A DNA stretch of 64,000 bases. It comes from Dehalococcoidia bacterium. Lineage in GTDB: Bacteria; Chloroflexota; Dehalococcoidia; Lucifugimonadales; JAGWBF01. Made by a program: the position numbers and the translations under genes. The stretch's first letter is position 1. Each line of letters opens with the position of its first letter. The notes beneath the pieces are model-generated. The model ran no database searches and was not told where the DNA came from. It was given only the letters and a program-made list of their open reading frames with translations. Positions 36,501 through 45,531 of this stretch are shown one piece after another. The stretch is from positions 8,229 through 72,228 of the forward strand of contig OZ219935.1 of NCBI GenBank assembly GCA_964291465.2. The letters are read 5' to 3'.

Positions 36501-37265
36501 TCATCCCCCTTCGGCCGTCGCCTCCGAATACGTTGAGGAGCCGGGGCGGGCCGCGAACCTCGCCAGCCATATCCCCAGCTCGTACAGCAGTATCAGCGGC
36601 ACCGCCACCAACCCCTGGTTCACGGGATCGAAGGTGGGCGTGATCAGCGCCCCCAGGATGAACGACACCACCACCCAGTACCTGCGCCACCGGGCGAACC
36701 CCCTCCAAGACACTATCCGCAGCTTGGCCAGCAGGAACATGACTATGGGCGTCTCGAACACGACTCCCAGCCAGAACAGCAGCGTCACCACCACGTTGAC
36801 GTAGTTGCCGATGCGGATCATCGGCGTGGCGATGTCGCTGCCCCAGCCCACCAGGAACCTGATGGCCGGGGGTATCATCACGAAGTAGCCGAAGGCCACC
36901 CCCGCCGCGAAGGCCAGCACCACCCCCGGCATGAACGCGAACACGTAGCGCTTCTCCCGGGACGTGAGCCCCGGCGCGACGAACATGATGATCTGGAACA
37001 ACACCACGGGGAAGGCCAGCACCAGACCGGACAGCAGGGAGACCTTCATCGTCACGGCCAGCATCTCGGTGACCTCGACGAACACGAGGCCCGCTCCGCC
37101 GTCGGCGGCCGCCTCCAGCTCCGAGGGGCGCAGGAGCAGCCGGATGATCTGCTCGTGGAAGACGAAGGCCACGCCCACGGCGGCGACGACGGCCACCACC
37201 GAGATGATCAGCCTCCTGCGAAGCTCCTCCAGGTGCTTTCGCAGCGGGGTCTCCGTGACGTTCAC
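36501..37265 (-). CDS. tatC: twin-arginine translocase subunit TatC
   Basis: 254 aa with 6 TM helices. It has PLRKHLEELRRRL at the N-terminus and the typical TatC loops. Confidence 0.9.
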   Translation of the reverse strand: MNVTETPLRKHLEELRRRLIISVVAVVAAVGVAFVFHEQIIRLLLRPSELEAAADGGAGLVFVEVTEMLAVTMKVSLLSGLVLAFPVVLFQIIMFVAPGLTSREKRYVFAFMPGVVLAFAAGVAFGYFVMIPPAIRFLVGWGSDIATPMIRIGNYVNVVVTLLFWLGVVFETPIVMFLLAKLRIVSWRGFARWRRYWVVVSFILGALITPTFDPVNQGLVAVPLILLYELGIWLARFAARPGSSTYSEATAEGG

Positions 37266-37549
37266 CGGGGCTGCCCCGGCCCCTCCGGCCCCCTACGGTC
37301 CACCGGCTCGGGGCGCCCAGGCCCCTCCGGTCCTCTATGGTCCACAGGCTCGGGACGGTTCATGCCCTTCTCCAGCTCCCTCTCCTCCGCCTCCACGGCC
37401 TTGGACAGGTCGGTCATGGAACGACGCACCTCGCCCAGCATCTTGCCGATGGTCCTGGCGCCCTTGACAGTTCCAGCCGGGCCCAGGACCACCACCGCGA
37501 TGAGAAGTATGACCAGAAGCTCCAGGACGCCGATGCCAAGGAAGTCCAC
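37262..37549 (-). CDS. tatB: TatA/TatB family protein
   Basis: 95 aa with MDFLGIGVLELLVILLIAVVVLGP. The C-terminus carries an in-frame 42-bp tandem duplication (RPEPVDHRGPEGPG / RPEPVDRRGPEGPG). It overlaps tatC by 4 nt. Confidence 0.72.
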   Translation of the reverse strand: MDFLGIGVLELLVILLIAVVVLGPAGTVKGARTIGKMLGEVRRSMTDLSKAVEAEERELEKGMNRPEPVDHRGPEGPGRPEPVDRRGPEGPGQPR

Positions 37550-37733
37550 TCGTCACCATCCCTTCTCTGACCATACCAATATAACCCAACCCGTATCGGG
37601 TGCCAAGGAACCCCCGCCGTCCTTGACAGGACTCCGGCCCACGGGTATAAACTGAACCCAGCGGGCGGCCTCATGGACCCCCGGCCCTCTGCTGCCATCG
37701 GACGTACACTACCCCACGGAGGGAGGGAGCAAA

Positions 37734-38060
37734 ATGGCTGGGACATATCCGGTTACGGACCAGGACTTCGAGGAGAAGGTGCTGCAGTCGGACATGCCCG
37801 TACTGGTCGACTTCTGGGCCGACTGGTGCATGCCCTGCAAGATGATAGCGCCCATCGTCGAGGAGCTATCCCAGGAGTACGACGGGAAGGCGGGGTTCGC
37901 CAAGCTCGACGTGGACGCCAACCCCACCACGGCGATGACCTACGGGGTGCGCAGCATCCCGACCCTGCTGGTGTTCAAGGGCGGCCGGCCCGTGGACCAG
38001 ATCGTCGGCGCGGTGCCCAAGGGCGCCCTGAAGAAGAAGATCGACTCCGCCCTGGAGTAG
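37734..38060 (+). CDS. trxA: thioredoxin with non-canonical WCMPC active site
   Basis: 108 aa. VLVDFWADWCMPCKMIAP...PTLLVFKGG is a thioredoxin fold with Met replacing the usual Gly. Confidence 0.88.
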   Translation: MAGTYPVTDQDFEEKVLQSDMPVLVDFWADWCMPCKMIAPIVEELSQEYDGKAGFAKLDVDANPTTAMTYGVRSIPTLLVFKGGRPVDQIVGAVPKGALKKKIDSALE

Positions 38061-38073
38061 GACGTCCCGGCAA

Positions 38074-38169
38074 GGGAGTGGATGGGGCCCGGTGGCTCTT
38101 GCGGACTTCAAATCCGTTGTGCCTCGTTAGCACGGGGTAGGTGGGTTCGACTCCCTCCCACTCCCGCCA
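38074..38169 (+). tRNA. selC: tRNA-Sec (anticodon UCA), CCA encoded
   Basis: Structural features:
- 8-bp acceptor stem GGGAGTGG/CCACTCCC, discriminator G, CCA.
- 6-bp D-stem (38084-89 with 38094-99) and 4-nt D-loop CGGU.
- Anticodon loop CUUCAAA, with TCA at 38108-38110.
- 23-nt variable arm.
- 5-bp T-stem with one U-U mismatch, and T-loop TTCGACT.
This is the bacterial 8/5 tRNA-Sec architecture. The blocks GGACTTCAAATCC and GGTTCGACTCC match E. coli selC. Confidence 0.85.
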
Positions 38170-38279
38170 GACTCCCGTTCGGTCCTCTGCCTCATCCGCC
38201 TTCAAACGTATCCGCGATAGTCGGCCAGTACGCCCGCATACCACGGGCGTCTCTTGTGTCTGGTCGCAGGAACGGCATG

Positions 38280-39845
38280 CTAGTCCCCCTCGGACTCAAC
38301 CATCACCCGTACCCTGGCTTTGGCGCTTTCCAGGTCTTGGGCGCGGTTGTCTGGGCGCAGGGTCCCGAACGCGGTCAGCATCGTTCCGGGTTGCCCGTGT
38401 AGCCCGGAAACTACCACCGGCTTGCGGTCTATGACCTTGCCGATGAGTGACGCTGCAGTATCGTCCAGATAGTCAGTGCGGCTGAAGTCCATGATGGTCG
38501 CCCGGCTGGCCTGTATGGCTCCGCCAAGAATCCTGGCAAGCTCTCGTGCGGACGCCACAGACACTCTATCAGGCATGACTATCAGCCCGACCCTCGCTTG
38601 GTAGGGGTCTGAGTCGGGCCATATCTCGGTATCGAGAAGTGGCACGGACACCAGCCGCTCTAGCTCACGTCTGTGGGACTGTGTAGCGTCCACCAGTGTG
38701 GACAGGACCAGCCCCGCTAGAATCGCCATCGTGAAGTCGATGAGCAACGCGACAGCGGCGGTCACCAGCATCACCACCGTATAGCCGACGGGTATGCGCC
38801 GGACCCGTCGCAAGAACTCCCAGTCCACGAGCCGGTAGCCCGTGACCATGATGATGCCCGCAAGCATGGACAGCGGGACCCGGTTGAACGGCACCATCAA
38901 AGCCAATGCGACCACCACCGCAGACGTCACACCTGCAATCTTGCCCCGACCACCTGATTGCAGGTTCAGGAACGTGATCGAGCTGACGCCCCCGGGATTA
39001 CCTCCGATGAGTCCCGCCACGACGTTACCGACACCCTGGGCCACCAGCTCCCGGTTCGGCTGATGGCGCCCGCCGGTCGTGGCGTCGGCCTGCAGGCAAG
39101 TTAGCAGCGTCACGGCGGAACACAGCAGGGCCATTGTGAAGGCCGATGGAATTACCTGTGGCTCAAATGCGGGCCAGATTAGCGTCGGCAAGCCTCGCGG
39201 CACCTCGCCTATCACGGGAGCACCGGTGAACCAGATGATTCCGGCTGCGCTCCCCACCAACAGGGCCACGAACTGGCCCGGAGCATACCTGGACAGCCGG
39301 GCTGGCCAAAAGACCCCGACCGCCACGGTTACCACGGCAACAGCGAGAGCGTCAAAGTCGACGGTTGCGCTACTCCATGCTCTGACACTGCCGACGACAC
39401 CGCCCGACGCCGGAGGCAGACCGATGGCTGGCAAGACCTGGGTGACGACCAGGACCATGCCCGCGGCGGTGAAGAATCCCGACAACAACGAGTGGGGGAT
39501 GTAGACGACAAACCGCCCAAGTCTGGTGAATCCGAAGACCATAAGGAAAACACCGGATACGAGAGCGGCTGTAAACCCGGCCTCCACCCCATGCTCGGAT
39601 ACCACCGACGCCAGGACGATTGTGACAAATATGTTGGGGCCTGAGATGAGCCCGCGGGTGTTCCCCATGATTGCAGCCAGAAGCCCGAGCACGATAGCCC
39701 CGTGGAGGCCCGCCACTGGCCCCAGGCCCGCAATGACACCGTAGGCCATCGCCGTTGGCACCAAGACAACACCGACCAACACCCCGGCCAACAGGTCAGT
39801 GGATATGCTTCTCATCGGACTGTCCGGGACTGCTGACGTGGTCAA
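38280..39845 (-). CDS. SulP family anion permease with C-terminal STAS domain
   Basis: 521 aa with a multi-TM Sulfate_transp core and a soluble STAS-like tail (ATIMDFSRTDYLDDTAA). Confidence 0.85.
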   Translation of the reverse strand: MTTSAVPDSPMRSISTDLLAGVLVGVVLVPTAMAYGVIAGLGPVAGLHGAIVLGLLAAIMGNTRGLISGPNIFVTIVLASVVSEHGVEAGFTAALVSGVFLMVFGFTRLGRFVVYIPHSLLSGFFTAAGMVLVVTQVLPAIGLPPASGGVVGSVRAWSSATVDFDALAVAVVTVAVGVFWPARLSRYAPGQFVALLVGSAAGIIWFTGAPVIGEVPRGLPTLIWPAFEPQVIPSAFTMALLCSAVTLLTCLQADATTGGRHQPNRELVAQGVGNVVAGLIGGNPGGVSSITFLNLQSGGRGKIAGVTSAVVVALALMVPFNRVPLSMLAGIIMVTGYRLVDWEFLRRVRRIPVGYTVVMLVTAAVALLIDFTMAILAGLVLSTLVDATQSHRRELERLVSVPLLDTEIWPDSDPYQARVGLIVMPDRVSVASARELARILGGAIQASRATIMDFSRTDYLDDTAASLIGKVIDRKPVVVSGLHGQPGTMLTAFGTLRPDNRAQDLESAKARVRVMVESEGD

Positions 39846-40013
39846 GACTCGATAGGCCCATAGTATGAGTCCTCACATGGCCCAGCCCAGTATAAGTCCA
39901 TGAGACCAACGAAATCGAGAACTGACACCCCGAGGTTCAGTTCGCTACTGTATTGGAGGTCGACTCGGGAACCCGTCGCTAACCCGAACCACGCCCCCCA
40001 CCCCTCGTCGCGG

Positions 40014-40022
40014 TGGTATAAT
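40014..40022 (+). promoter_or_regulatory. candidate extended -10 element upstream of the amidase gene
   Basis: TGgTATAAT at 40014-40022, 42 nt before the ATG at 40064. I see no good -35. Confidence 0.3.
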
Positions 40023-40063
40023 CGTGCCTGCTGGCCCACTAGAGCACGAAAAGGGGGCATCCC

Positions 40064-41473
40064 ATGGACAAAGCCGACATCCCGTTCCTGAGCGCCGCCC
40101 ATCTGTCCCGGCTGATCCGCAGCAGGGAGGTGTCGCCCGTGGAGGCCACCGAGGCCTACCTGGACCGCATCGACCAGGTGGACTTCAGGTTCAACGCCTA
40201 CCTCACCGTCTGCCGCGGCGAAGCCCTCCAGGCGGCCCGCGAGGCCGAAGAGGCCATCGCCGGGGGCGGCTACCTGGGGCCCATGCACGGTGTCCCCGTC
40301 GCGGTCAAGGACCAGATGTGGAGCAAGGGAGTCCGCTCCACGGGGGGCTCGCGCATCCTGGCCGACTTCGTGCCCGACGAGGACGCCACGGCCGTGGCCA
40401 ACCTGAAGAGGGCCGGCGCGGTCCTCCTGGGCAAGCACAACATGACCGAGTTCGCCATCACCGCCTTCTCCCACCGTTTCCGAATCCCCCACAACCCGTG
40501 GGACCTGGACTTCTCGCCTGGCGGGTCCAGCAGCGGCTCCGGCGCGGGCACCGCCGCCTTCCTGTGCGCAACCTCCGTCGGCGAGGACACGGGAGGGTCT
40601 CTGCGACGCCCCTCGGCCTGGTCCGGGCTCGTCGGCATGAAGCCGGGATGGGGCCGCGTGAGCCGCTACGGCGTCATGCCCGGCGTCTGGTCCATGGACA
40701 CCCTGGGGCCCATATCCCGCGGGGTGGAGGACGCCGCCATAACCCTGGGGGCCATCGCCGGCTACGACCCCAAGGACCCCTACACGTGGAACACCCCCGT
40801 GCCCGACTACGCCGCCGCCTTGGACGGGAATATAGGCGGCATGAGGGTCGGCGTCATATCCGAGGAGGTCCACAGCGAGGTGGCCGACCCCCAGGTCCTG
40901 GCCGCCGTGGTCGCGGCCACGAAGGTCCTGGGAGGGCTGGGCGCCTCGGTGGAAGAGGTCTCCATACCCCTGGCGCGGCACATGACGGACGTATCCGGCC
41001 TGCTGATCCGCGTGGAGTCGGCAGCCTACCACCAGGAATCTGTCCGGGAACGCCTGCATGACTTCGGCCACGACAACCGGGTGGGCCTGCTGACGGGCAG
41101 CGTCGTCCCCGCCCAGGTCTACTACAAGGCCCAGAAGCTGCGGACCATGCTGCGGGACCAGGTCCTGAAGGCGCTGGAGGAGTACGACGTGCTGGCCCTG
41201 CCCACCTCGGCCAGGACCGCTCCCAGGATACAGGAAGGCGACCTGGTCATCACCGACAAGGCGTCGGCGGAGCAGCTCCCGTTCATGCGCACCAGCGCCT
41301 TCAACCTGGCCAGCACCCCGGCGGTCTCCGTGCCCTGCGGCTTCAGCACCACCGGACTGCCCATCGGCCTGCAGATTACGGGCCGCCCGGGAGCCGAGGA
41401 GACGGTCCTGAAGGTGGCCCACGCCTACGAGCAGGCCACACCCTGGCACACCATGCGGCCGCCCCACGCCTAG
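40064..41473 (+). CDS. amidase signature (AS) family amidase
   Basis: 469 aa. It has the Gly/Ser-rich GGSSSGSGA motif and a GatA-like fold. Confidence 0.85.
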   Translation: MDKADIPFLSAAHLSRLIRSREVSPVEATEAYLDRIDQVDFRFNAYLTVCRGEALQAAREAEEAIAGGGYLGPMHGVPVAVKDQMWSKGVRSTGGSRILADFVPDEDATAVANLKRAGAVLLGKHNMTEFAITAFSHRFRIPHNPWDLDFSPGGSSSGSGAGTAAFLCATSVGEDTGGSLRRPSAWSGLVGMKPGWGRVSRYGVMPGVWSMDTLGPISRGVEDAAITLGAIAGYDPKDPYTWNTPVPDYAAALDGNIGGMRVGVISEEVHSEVADPQVLAAVVAATKVLGGLGASVEEVSIPLARHMTDVSGLLIRVESAAYHQESVRERLHDFGHDNRVGLLTGSVVPAQVYYKAQKLRTMLRDQVLKALEEYDVLALPTSARTAPRIQEGDLVITDKASAEQLPFMRTSAFNLASTPAVSVPCGFSTTGLPIGLQITGRPGAEETVLKVAHAYEQATPWHTMRPPHA

Positions 41474-41579
41474 AGGAGCCCTGTCCCCAAAGCCCTCTTC
41501 GGTTGAACGATGCTTTCCAGGCGACCATAGTTGCGAACTGCCGAGCGTCAGAGATAGTGCATCGGGAAAAGGGACGTGC

Positions 41580-41918
41580 TCACCGCATCGCGGCCTTGCT
41601 CCTACCCGAAAATGTCAGTGTCGCTCCGAGCAGCAGGAGCACCGTTGCCAGAACATACGCCGCCGAGATCGCAATTACGCCCACGACTGCCGACATGAGC
41701 ATCAGGGCTGCAGCCACTCTGGGTCTAGCTATGGACATAGCAGCGCCAACGAGTCCGACGATAGAGGCAGCCAAGGCAACGAACCCCTGGACCGTCACTG
41801 CTTGGGCACCCTCGGCGCCAACGGCGCCGCCAATGCCTCCCACAGCCATGGCGATGAGAGCTCCAATGAACCCGGCTACGGAGCCAAAGACGCCTAGCAG
41901 TAGTCCTGCTACCCTCAT
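41580..41918 (-). CDS. small Gly/Ala-rich membrane protein
   Basis: 112 aa with about 4 hydrophobic segments. Hypothetical. Confidence 0.4.
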   Translation of the reverse strand: MRVAGLLLGVFGSVAGFIGALIAMAVGGIGGAVGAEGAQAVTVQGFVALAASIVGLVGAAMSIARPRVAAALMLMSAVVGVIAISAAYVLATVLLLLGATLTFSGRSKAAMR

Positions 41919-41927
41919 AGTCTTACC

Positions 41928-42365
41928 TCATGACTCGTCGAGAACAGTGCAACCGACTACTTCGATGGCGAAGGGGTCTCTATCTTCTCCCTCTGCTCCC
42001 TTCCCTCGCAGGGTTACCCGGTCTCCCTTTGCAACCGAAGTAAGGTCGTTCAACTGGCTGTGGCTGAAATAGCAACGCACACTCGTCAGCGTGAAGTCCC
42101 CTACAGAGAGATCTATGTAATAGGCGCTGTCATCGCCGCCTCCGAAGTCTTCGGCCACCCCACTGACCGCTAAGACCTTGCCGTCGTACTTTTGGTTGGC
42201 CGCTACTTCGTTGGTCTCGTAGTCGTCGTACATACGTTTGGCGGTAACTCGCAATTCGATGGGCGCATCTGCGATGTCGAGCTCCGCCTGTTCGGCGTCT
42301 TCCTGGGATACAGTGCAGGACAGCGAAATCACCAGGAGCACGAGACACACCATCGACTTGACCAT
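41928..42365 (-). CDS. putative lipoprotein with OB-fold (tRNA_anti-like) domain
   Basis: The start is MVKSMVCLVLLVISLSC, a lipobox-like signal peptide (ATG at 42363-42365). EVAANQKYDGKVLAVSG...VTLRG is the tRNA_anti-like OB pattern. Confidence 0.5.
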   Translation of the reverse strand: MVKSMVCLVLLVISLSCTVSQEDAEQAELDIADAPIELRVTAKRMYDDYETNEVAANQKYDGKVLAVSGVAEDFGGGDDSAYYIDLSVGDFTLTSVRCYFSHSQLNDLTSVAKGDRVTLRGKGAEGEDRDPFAIEVVGCTVLDES

Positions 42366-42468
42366 CCAAGACCCCCCCCAAGCCTCGTCCGGGAGGCATC
42401 GCACCAAGGTTATAGACTTATAGTCTATGGACACATAGTCTATGCATTGGTAGCGTCCCGGTCAAGGG

Positions 42469-42696
42469 ATGTGGACGGCTTATCAATCGGCGTTTGGCAA
42501 CCACATACGGGCTATGCGGCTGCGACGGGGCGAGACCCAAGAAGACGTCGCCGACCGCGCCGGGGTCCACGTGACATATCTGTCGGGGATCGAGAGAGGG
42601 GTCCGGAATCCGTCGCTCCGGAACATTCTTGCGCTGGCCAAAGCCTTGGGTGTCGACACCGCTGAGTTGTTCGCCTTCGAACTGGAACGCAGGTAG
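42469..42696 (+). CDS. XRE family helix-turn-helix transcriptional regulator
   Basis: 75 aa. IRAMRLRRGETQEDVADRAGVHVTYLSGIERGVRNPSLRNILALAKAL is a canonical Cro/C1 HTH. Confidence 0.82.
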   Translation: MWTAYQSAFGNHIRAMRLRRGETQEDVADRAGVHVTYLSGIERGVRNPSLRNILALAKALGVDTAELFAFELERR

Positions 42697-42791
42697 CCTG
42701 ATACATCTGAAACCAGGCCATTATGGCCGGACGGTGGGCCTGTGGTTCGGCTGGCCACCAAGGCACGAGCAAGGCTGGGTGGTTTCCCGCT

Positions 42792-44348
42792 TTACCGAGC
42801 CTCCTGCTCTTTCACCAGGTCCGCGGCCCGCTCCCCGATCATGATGGCCGTGCCGTTGGTGCCGGCGGAAACGATGTCAGGCATGATGGAAGTGTCGACC
42901 ACCCTCAGGCCCTCCACGCCGTGGACCCGGCAGCCCTGGTCCACCACCGCCGTCGCGTCCGACTCCGGCCCCATCTTGCACGTCCCCGACATGTGCTGCG
43001 TCGTGGTCGACGCCACCGTCCTCATCATCCAGCGGTCCAGCGCGCCGTCCGATTCCAGGTCCTCGTCGGCGGGCTCCACCCTCCCCGCGACGATGCCCCT
43101 GAACGCCTCGTGCTCCAGCAGGCGGACGCACAGGCGCACGCACTCCCGCAGCCTCTGGCGGTCCCAGGGCTCCTCCAGGAAGCGGTAGTCCAGTTTCGGC
43201 TGGACGTGGGGGTCGGCGGAGGAGAGGGTCAGCTCCCCCGACCCCGCCGGCCTGTACAGCGACGGCGTAAGACGCAGCCCGTCGTGCTGTCTCGGGTCCT
43301 GGCCCAGCCTGATGGCGAAGGAGGCGGGCATGACCATCAGGTCGTTGGGAGTGTCCGAGCCCGAGGCCGTGAAGTGCAGGGCGCACTGCCGCCGGGGAGC
43401 GTCCGGGTCCATGACGACGCCCTCCTCGACGGCCAGCCGGACCCCTATCTGCGGGTGCTCCTTCATGTTCTTACCCACGCCCGCCAGGTCCTGGACGACC
43501 GGTACGCCCAGGCGGCGTAGCTGCTCCCCGGGCCCCACTCCCGACACCAGCAGCAGGTGCGCCGACTTGATGGCGCCGGCGCTGAGCACGACCTCCCGGC
43601 CCTCCACGGTGAACTCCCGGCCGCCGCTCTCGACGCGGACGCCGGTGGCCCTCCTCCCCGAGAACAGGATGCGGGTGACCAGCGCGTTGCCCCTGACCGT
43701 GAGGTTCAACCGGTGGCGGGCCGGGTTGACGTACGTCAGGGCGGCACTCATCCTCACGCCGTCCACGTTGTTGACCGCCAGGGGGCTGATGCCCGTCGCC
43801 TCCGGGTGGTTGATGTCCGGGTGCTCGGGGAACCCGGCGTCCAGGCAGGCCCGGTAGAAGGCCTCGGGGAAGGGCAGGAAGTCCGGGCGCTTGTGGTGTC
43901 TCACGGGCACCGGCCCGTCGGACCCGTGGAAGTCGTCGCGGTAGTCCAGGTCCCGCTCCATCTTCCGGAAGTAGGGCAGCACCTCGACGAAGGACCAGCG
44001 GGGGTTGCCAGCGGCGGCCCAACCGTCGAAGTCGTGGGGACTCCCCCGCAGGAGCACCGCGCCGTTGACGGCGCTGCCGCCTCCCATCACCCTGCCCCGC
44101 ACCATGGGGGTGGGCGCGGGCTGGTCCGGCGTGGGCCAGCCGTCGAAGGACCAGACGTGGGGACCGCCCACCGACGACGCCATCTGGTTGTTGCTGTACT
44201 TGATGTCGTCGGGAAGGCGCTGGAAGTCCGGGTAGTCCGGGCCCGCCTCCAGCAGCAGCACCGACCGGGCCGGGTCCTCGGACAACCGCGCCGCCAGGGC
44301 GCACCCGGCGTTGCCGCCTCCAACCACGATCACGTCGTACTTCATCAT
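42792..44348 (-). CDS. GMC family FAD oxidoreductase
   Basis: 518 aa. It has YDVIVVGGGNAGCALAARLSE and the C-terminal GMC signature (HMSGTCKMG...RVVDTSIMP). Confidence 0.9.
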   Translation of the reverse strand: MMKYDVIVVGGGNAGCALAARLSEDPARSVLLLEAGPDYPDFQRLPDDIKYSNNQMASSVGGPHVWSFDGWPTPDQPAPTPMVRGRVMGGGSAVNGAVLLRGSPHDFDGWAAAGNPRWSFVEVLPYFRKMERDLDYRDDFHGSDGPVPVRHHKRPDFLPFPEAFYRACLDAGFPEHPDINHPEATGISPLAVNNVDGVRMSAALTYVNPARHRLNLTVRGNALVTRILFSGRRATGVRVESGGREFTVEGREVVLSAGAIKSAHLLLVSGVGPGEQLRRLGVPVVQDLAGVGKNMKEHPQIGVRLAVEEGVVMDPDAPRRQCALHFTASGSDTPNDLMVMPASFAIRLGQDPRQHDGLRLTPSLYRPAGSGELTLSSADPHVQPKLDYRFLEEPWDRQRLRECVRLCVRLLEHEAFRGIVAGRVEPADEDLESDGALDRWMMRTVASTTTQHMSGTCKMGPESDATAVVDQGCRVHGVEGLRVVDTSIMPDIVSAGTNGTAIMIGERAADLVKEQEAR

Positions 44349-44622
44349 CGAGCCTGCGGACGGGGCTCCCCAGCGGGCTCCCCAAGCCCCATTCTATGCC
44401 TCCCCATGCAGGCACGGCAAGGCACGCGTAAACGGTGTCCACGTCCACGCCGCACCTGAGTTCCGGCCTGCCCCGGAACGACGAGTTGGGCGATTCGCCA
44501 ACAGGGGCGCTGCCAATCTACTTTCAGAGTAATCCCCCATGCCGGTTGCCAGCGCTGCCACGAAGGATGAAGACCCCTGTTCCGTGATGAATGCCGGTTA
44601 GCCCCCGGCAGGGCCGCCCCGT

Positions 44623-44651
44623 TTGACCGCAGGGTCCCACACTGGTACATT
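44623..44651 (+). promoter_or_regulatory. candidate promoter of the SDR gene
   Basis: TTGACC (44623-44628), a 17-nt spacer, then TACATT (44646-44651). AGGAG (44671-44675) lies 6 nt before the ATG at 44682. Confidence 0.4.
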
Positions 44652-44681
44652 CTCTCCATCCCAACGGTGCAGGAGTTTCAC

Positions 44682-45464
44682 ATGGGCAGAATGGACGGCA
44701 TGGTAGCCATCGTAACCGGCAGCAGCAGGGGCCTTGGGAGGGCCATCGCACGGCAGTTCGGCCGCGAGGGGGCCACGGTTGTGGCCTCCGCCCGCCCCAA
44801 GTCGCCCACGGGCCTTCCCGGCACTCCCGACGACACCGCCGCGGCCATAGAGGCCGAGGGGGGCTCCGCCATATCGGTCCCCTGCGACGTCTCGTCCAAG
44901 GACCAGGTGGACGCCCTGGTCGACACCGTGGTGGACCGGTACGGCAGGATCGACGTCCTCGTGAACAACGCCGGCATCATGGTCATCGGGGAGACCCTGA
45001 TGGAGATCGACGAGGCCCGGTGGGACCTGTCCATGGGGACCAACGTGCGCGGCCCCTACCTGATGTGCCGCCGGGTGGTGCCCGTCATGAAAGAGCAGGG
45101 CCGGGGCAGCATCATCAACATCGGGTCCAGAATGGGCTACGACCACCTCAGGGGCGGCGGCGTGCTGTACAGCTCCAGCAAGGCCGCCCTGCACATGTTC
45201 AGCCGCATCCTTGCCGAGGAGCTCCGGGAGCAAAACATCGCCGTCAACATCCTGAACCCGGGCAGCCTGGCCAGCGAGGGGTCGTCGGTCATCCCCTGGG
45301 CCCAGCACGACTGGCACCAGCGGGCGGACCCGGCCGTGGTGGCCCCCTCCGCCGTGTACCTCGCCCTGCAGGACGCCTCCTCCATGACCGGCGAGATGGT
45401 CGCCAGGGACGAGTTCGGGCGCACCTGGGGACAGGACTTCGACCAGGGGCAGGGCCAGGGATAG
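44682..45464 (+). CDS. SDR family oxidoreductase
   Basis: It has VAIVTGSSRGLG, NNAG and the YSSSK catalytic motif. I prefer the ATG at 44682 over the GTG at 44667. Confidence 0.85.
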   Translation: MGRMDGMVAIVTGSSRGLGRAIARQFGREGATVVASARPKSPTGLPGTPDDTAAAIEAEGGSAISVPCDVSSKDQVDALVDTVVDRYGRIDVLVNNAGIMVIGETLMEIDEARWDLSMGTNVRGPYLMCRRVVPVMKEQGRGSIINIGSRMGYDHLRGGGVLYSSSKAALHMFSRILAEELREQNIAVNILNPGSLASEGSSVIPWAQHDWHQRADPAVVAPSAVYLALQDASSMTGEMVARDEFGRTWGQDFDQGQGQG

Positions 45465-45531
45465 GGTAAGGTAGAGGCCGGCGTTGCCGGCTTGGGAATC
45501 GAGGGGAGCTGCGGTCTGCCCGGGCGCTCCT

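Noticed and set aside
36228-38169. The low-GC island as a selC-integrated element.
   Set aside because: The island lies upstream of selC and is separated from it by core tat and trxA genes. I found no integrase and no repeat of the tRNA 3' end at either island border.
40064-41473. The amidase as gatA, the partner of gatB at 20760-22277.
   Set aside because: It is 18 kb away from gatB, has no gatC, and sits in a different operon context. The sequence shows only generic amidase-signature features, so I call it a generic amidase.
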